Shown here piece by piece: positions 57,593 to 64,000 of a stretch of 64,000 nucleotides of DNA (the stretch's first letter is position 1; every line of letters begins with the position of its first letter). The notes beneath the pieces are model-generated. The model saw only the letters and a program-made list of their open reading frames with translations. It was not told the DNA's origin and did no database searches. Both the position numbers and the translations under genes were made by a program. Origin of the DNA: Eledone cirrhosa (lineage: Eukaryota). Where the stretch lies: positions 298,282,001 through 298,346,000 of the forward strand of contig OZ024741.1 of NCBI GenBank assembly GCA_964016885.1, in the 5' to 3' direction.

Positions 57593-57661
57593 TCAGAATT
57601 AGACAACCAAATGTTAACGACTGGTCAGTTAGTTGGATTTTCATCGTTTATGGCAATGGAC
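57593..57661 (+). CDS. Host gene coding exon 9 (no stop; gene likely continues beyond window)
   Basis: TTTTACAG| ... GAC|GTAAGT; phase 0-0; SELDNQMLTTGQLVGFSSFMAMD. Confidence 0.75.
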
Positions 57662-57759
57662 GTAAGTACATCCATACTAGCAATCATACATCTGTTTTAC
57701 GGTCGGAATAAGGAATATTCGGTTTCTTCACTAGATTGTAACAAAGCTGTTTATGCGGC

Positions 57760-57821
<62 letters not shown>

Positions 57822-58032
57822 GCTAACAATCTTTTCCAAACTTTCTTGTAATAATATTTTCCATACTTTCATGTAACTACATGTTCTCTCCCTATTTGAA
57901 CTCTCCATTTTCTGACGAAGGAAATGAAGAGTTCAAATAGGGAGAGAACCCTCTTCCACCTCCTCCCAAGCGTGATCCTAGTAAGACTTTGTATTTTTGT
58001 ATCCCTGTGTTTATTTTGTTTTATTTGTTCAA

Positions 58033-58117
<85 letters not shown>

Positions 58118-58168
58118 AGAAGAAAGAGAGATGGAAATTTCAAATCAACATACTTTATTTGTAATTAG

Positions 58169-58271
58169 GCGTTGGCGAGTTTCGCAGATGACCAGCTATG
58201 AGCCATAAATAGTTACATAATAGTTCCATAATGTGAAGCTCGACTATAGCTTCGATTTGCTCATCAGACGC
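58169..58271 (-). ncRNA. Degenerate hammerhead with long stem II
   Basis: GCGU-CUGAUGA-GCAAAU...AUCUGC-GAAAC...|ACGC, with AATAAA downstream; the cleavage triplet is not NUH. Confidence 0.55.
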
Positions 58272-58799
58272 AATGAAGATTACAACAGAAAGCAGACATC
58301 CCTATTTGTATAAGGCATTGAACCTGGCTTTATATAGGAAACAGAACACGCCATATGTCATGCTCTAAAGTGGTGGGTTTACTATGGCAGGTTGAACACT
58401 TATTATTTATTTATTTATTTAATTAATTTAAACGTCTGTATAGAGCTTGTAAACCATGACAGACTAGGGGAAGTATCTAGTTATTCTTATAGTTGAGAAA
58501 CAAAATAACAAAAAAAAAAAAAATGAGAGAGAGATAAGTGAATAAAAAATAAAAATGAAAATTAAAAAAAAAATCAAATGAATGAAATAAAAGAAAATTA
58601 ATTAATTTTCGAAAGATACATGGAGGGCAAAATAAACATAAAAAAGACAAAGAAAAATGGAAAGCAAGGATAGCTGTAAAGCAGCTAGAAGGTTCTTTTG
58701 TTGAATATTTTCGTAACCTCCATGTACTCAAAGATTTTGTTTATAGTTGGTAAATATTTCACAATATATTATATCTCCAATCTTGGTAGTTTTTTAATG

Positions 58800-59690
58800 A
58801 TTGGCTTCAAGATGTCCCCTCTCTCTCTCAGACTTACATTGGAACAAATATTGCTAAACGTTTCTGGAAAGTCACCACAAGAACATAGAGGGGATTCTAT
58901 ACGACCAGTTCGTAATAAAATGTAATTCAACGGTCTATTTCCAGTTCGAAGCCAGCATAGTCTTTTTTATCAAAATTGCTCAGTGTCTAATATGTTTTAC
59001 ATGTTGTCAGATCTGGTTTAGAAAGTGAAGAATTGAAATTTGAGAGCTTATCTCTGGGCTTTACCCCAAACTTTTCCAACCCTTGACTAATATTTTTACT
59101 AAATGACTTCACATGTGATATATTTAGGATATAGTCTATATCTACTATTCCCTTTTATAATCCCTCCTTTTCTAATTCGTCTGCTTTCCTATTTCCTCTA
59201 ATACCTATCTAGTCAGGTATTCAAATCAATGTTATTTGTTTATTATTCTCTGAGATGCAGAACACTTTCAATATCCCTAAATTGGCTCCTTTTTTGATTG
59301 AAAAGTTCGATAAACTATCAGTAAATAGAAAGCCCTTTTCCCCATGACATTTCTTTAGCTAAATCTATAGATAATATAATTCCCCACCATTCTGCATCAA
59401 ATATTTGGAAATCACGATGTAACCTGAAGCTCATATCTCTATTATTATTATTATTGAAAGACCAAATAGCTCAATATACAACTCCTTTGTCTGAGTGTGC
59501 CCCATCTGTGTAACTGATCCAGTTGCTAAAACTGATCAACTGTGTGATAATGTTTTTGCTTCTTCTTTTGAGGTTTTAATCATTATTTCAAACGATTTTA
59601 ATAGTTCTACCTATGGTGGAAGCCAAAAATCATGCTGTTTTCTTTTGCATTTAAACTGAGCAGCTAGCAGTATCAATATGAAACTCATGG
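58800..59690 (-). mobile_element. Old I-group (RNase H-containing) LINE fragment
   Basis: Broken frames read YTDG, FTDSLS, IP..IGIRGNRKADEL and WLRTGNRPLN...SPLCSCG..PET. Confidence 0.65.
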
Positions 59691-61996
59691 GCACTGCTGG
59701 TATCGCTTGGGGATCCAGCTGAATTAGTTGGAAACGGTTGCTTCTGACAGGACCCACTGGAAGGAGTGTTTGAGGACTCTGCCCTCACGACCCTCTCAGG
59801 AATAAGCGGGTGAAGATTTAGAAAAAGAAGATATCACGATGAGAGTAAAGGTCGAAACAAAAAGAGATAAGAACAAAGTTAAGGAGACAAAATATAATAG
59901 AATTAAAAACTAAAACTAAACAAATAAAATGTTTTTCAGAAAATAAAGTGTGTGTGAGTTGCCGAAGCCATTGACAGGAAGCCCCCCCCCCCCAACACAA
60001 CAACAATAATAACAAAAACAGCAATTTCAATTCTAGGGTGTGTCGATCATTGTTGTCTAGAGTCTAGACAAAAAGATTAGAATGAAGAATAGATCGTGTA
60101 AAAGAACATAGGAGAGACTGGTTCTTTGCTTAGGTAGAAAACTTAATCCATGGCCCTGTTTAGCACCACCATCTAGTCACTGGTATCCACTCACTTACAA
60201 GCATTCGAGCGGGGTCACTTATTTGACAATAACTTTTTTCCATTCCTCTTCTAACAAACCATTAAAATATAAAATAAAAATATTTAACTTTGCATTCTAT
60301 TACAGAACAAATGGGAACCAGGGTTTTACTTTGATATGTTTGGATTCAGTGAAGAATTACCCAGCTTTGATCAGTTTGATGTTAGTTCTTGTTTTAAAGG
60401 AAAGATGTTAAGTGCAAGTCTAATAGTTGCAGGTGAATATGCAAATCTATCTTCTATATATTTGCTGAAAATTTTCTTTCGTAATATATTAGCATGGTTA
60501 TAGGGTAGTGGATTGGCAGAATTGGTAGAACGTCAGATAAAATGTCATTGCAGTATTTGTTCTGCTCTTTGTTTTCAGTTCAAATCACGCCGAGGTCAAT
60601 ATTATCCTTCATCCATCAGGGGTCGATGAAATAGAGTACCAGTGAAGTACTGATGTTGATTTAAACGACTTTACCAACTCTCCTAATTGTTGGTCTTGTG
60701 CCTAAATTAGAAACCAATATATTAATATAAATAACATTGTTTGGAAGAGCACTGGGAAACATATTTTGCAGTATTTATTTCGGCTAGTTCGATTTTACTT
60801 TTCATCGTTTCAAAGTAGGATAAAAAACAATTTATAGGAATTAATAAATACCCTGCAATCATAACAAGCTGAATTAAAGTGACACAAATTCAAGTTTACC
60901 GTGATAATATAATGGTTTCTGATTTAGGCACAAGGACAATATTTTGGGGGAAGGGAAAGTCAGTGAAATCGACCCCAGTGCATTACTGGTACTTTATTTT
61001 ATCCACCCCGTAAGAGCGAAAGGCAAAGCTAATCTCGACAGGATTTGAACTCAGATCGTAAAGGGGCATAACACTATGCTATAAAGCATGTTGCCCGACG
61101 CTCTACCAATTACAGCCAATCCAGAGTGATAATATAATTGTTTCTACTTCTAGCACAAGGCCAGCAATTACCCCAGTACATTACTGGTACTTTATTTTAT
61201 CGACCCCGTAAGGATGAAAGGCAAAGTTAACTTCGGCAGGATTTGAACTCAGACCATAAATGGGCGTAACTCTATGCGTCAAAGCATGGCGTCTGAGCCT
61301 CTACCGATACTGCCAATCCACAATAAATATATATAAAACAAAGATTATTGAAAATATAATCGAATCAAATATAGGGAAATTTACACACACACACATATAC
61401 ATATGTATATATATATACATATGTATATACATATATGGTGACTGCCAACTCGTTTTCGAGTAGGGCCACTACTTTATATCCATGTAGGAGAACCCCTATT
61501 GATGCGCTGAACGAGTGTGACTTTTTAGTCCAGCCAGCGACTTGAAAACTCTGGTACAAACACTACACTTGTGACAATTATTGACACATAGTGCTGGGCC
61601 CATGGTACCATGTGATGACAAGTGCAGAGAGATCTCCAGATATAAAGCAATGCCTGTGCCGTGAAGCTTTTATAGTGAGCAAAGGCACTGCACAAAGCCA
61701 GTCCCACTCTCTTAACCAAGATGATATTTACCAAAAAGAAGAACAAGTCAACATCATTGGATACCATCAGGGTTGCAGGTGTTATATCAGAGTTTTTCTT
61801 CTCCTAGAATTCTGCTTTGACAAAGGCTAAGGGGTCATCTCTCCCGGAAGATATATATATATATATATACATATATATATCCACACATATATACATGCAT
61901 ATACATATATATATATACATATACATATATATACATATATATATATACACACATATATATATACACATATATATATACACACATATATATATACAC

Positions 61997-62029
<33 letters not shown>

Positions 62030-62058
62030 TATATATATATATATATACATACATAAAC

Positions 62059-62089
<31 letters not shown>

Positions 62090-62378
62090 CATACATATAT
62101 ACATATATATATACATATATATATATACATATATATATATACATACATATACACATATATATACATATATATACATATATATATACATATATATACATAC
62201 ATATATACACATATATACATACATATATACACACATATACACACATATATACACACATATATATATATACATATATATACATATATATATACATATATAT
62301 ATATATACACACACATATATATACATATACATATACATATATATATACATATACATACATACATACATATATATACAT

Positions 62379-62473
<95 letters not shown>

Positions 62474-62565
62474 TATATATATATACACATATATACATAT
62501 ACATATACATATACATATATATATATATACATATATACATATACATATATATATATATATACATA

Positions 62566-63142
62566 TGGTGACTGCCAACTCGTTTTCGAGTACGGCCACT
62601 ACCTTACATCCATGTAGAAGAACCCTACTGATGCGCTGAACAAGTGTGACTTTTTAGTCCAGCCAGCGACTTGAAAACTCTGGTACAAACACTACACCTG
62701 TGACAATTATTGACACATAGTGCTGGGCCCATGGTACCATGTGACGACAAGTGCAGAGAGATCTCCAGATATAAAGCAATGCCTGTGCCGTGAAGCTTTT
62801 ATAGTGAGCAAAGGCACTGCACAAAGCCAGTCCCACTCTCTTAACCAAGATGATATTTACCAAAAAGAAGAACAAGTCAACATCATTGGACACCATCAGG
62901 GTTGCAGGTGTTATATCAGAGTATTCCTTCTCCTAGAATTCTGCCTTGACAAAGGCTAAGGGGTCATCTCTCCCGGTGATTTTGGATGGCCATTGACTCT
63001 TAAGAGCTCCTTTGCCCTTTGACAGGTTTTGTTTTTAGTCCTGCAGGATGTCCAAAGTCACCCTCCTCACCAAGAAACTTTGGTGGGGTTGCCAGTTTAG
63101 TCACCAACGACCCGACCATGAGACAGGTTGTACTGGGATACA
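62566..63142 (-). mobile_element. Short non-autonomous RTE-derived element; 5'-shorter second copy at 61435-61847
   Basis: Minus strand ends with [17 protein letters not shown] (RTE C-terminal zinc finger), CTCGAAAACGAG stem-loop and a microsatellite tail. No RT sequence upstream. The two copies are highly similar. Confidence 0.65.
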
Positions 63143-63711
63143 CGTTACATACACACATACCTACATATATACATACATACACACATACATACCTACATAT
63201 ATACATACATACCTACACATACCTACCTACATACATACATACATACACATAACTACATATATACATACATACCTACATACACGCCTACATATATATACAT
63301 ACCTACCTACACACATACATACATACACAGACAAAAAGGTGCAAACTGTTTAAATTCCAGTTCACCCACACCACCTCAACCCACCCCATCACCCCCATTC
63401 TAGACCTCCAATAACATTTCAATATTTCAACTTCTCTTTGGAGGTGGAAGGTTGCTCCAGCTCGGTCTCATACTCTCTTGTCACTTTTGGACGTCTTTTG
63501 GACATTTTCTTTGTTTTTCCTTTGTGATGTTATGCTGATAACGATGATGGTGCTTGCTTCCGTTTCTTATCTTTCCCGCCTTACATACATATATTTATAA
63601 ATGCACACACACACATATATATATATGCATATATATATATATATGTGTGTGCATATATATATGTATATATATATGTATATATATATATATATGTATATAT
63701 ATATGTATATA

Positions 63712-63742
<31 letters not shown>

Positions 63743-64000
63743 TAATAAGAGGAATTCCAACTTTGTCTGATTTACTCGTTTTATTTACAATCCTTTAAAA
63801 TATATATAATATGGTATTATAATGAAATAGTATGATAGAATATTAAATTCTAAGTGTTAATTGAACAAGTACTTTCATGCTTTCGCAATCTTCAGGTTCA
63901 TGATATGTGGTGACAGTCGAGTTTGCAATTTTCAACTTTCAATTTTAAAGGTTAAACAAGGTTCAATGAATAAATCAATATATATATATATATATATATA

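Noticed and set aside
60421-63960. Further host-gene exons after 57661
   Set aside because: I found no AG..GT-bounded phase-0 open segment resembling the repeat; the remaining exons probably lie beyond the window.

Overview
AT-rich, microsatellite-saturated eukaryotic DNA; the SINE types and TE mix point to a cephalopod, probably an octopus (inference). One + strand host gene runs across the window. Nine coding exons with consistent phases (2296-57661, 409 codons, 3' end not seen) encode a signal-peptide protein with two LolA/ependymin-like repeats. Its third coding intron (6835-47820, ~41 kb) is a nest of decayed TEs, mostly abutting (TA)n tracts: five Naiad-type Penelope-like element (PLE) copies or fragments, two CR1-group LINEs, a Helitron, a CsRN1-like Gypsy and CRE fragments. 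R4, I-group and RTE fragments lie in later introns. The least expected signal is non-coding. About 16-18 type-I hammerhead ribozyme motifs from several families occur on both strands. They include a 525-nt ORF-less tandem hammerhead unit (retrozyme/circRNA-like) and small fold-back palindromes whose axes fall inside the ribozyme. A bulged hairpin is conserved downstream of the ribozyme in two otherwise dissimilar families. All structures were folded by eye, TE boundaries are approximate, and no database searches were run.
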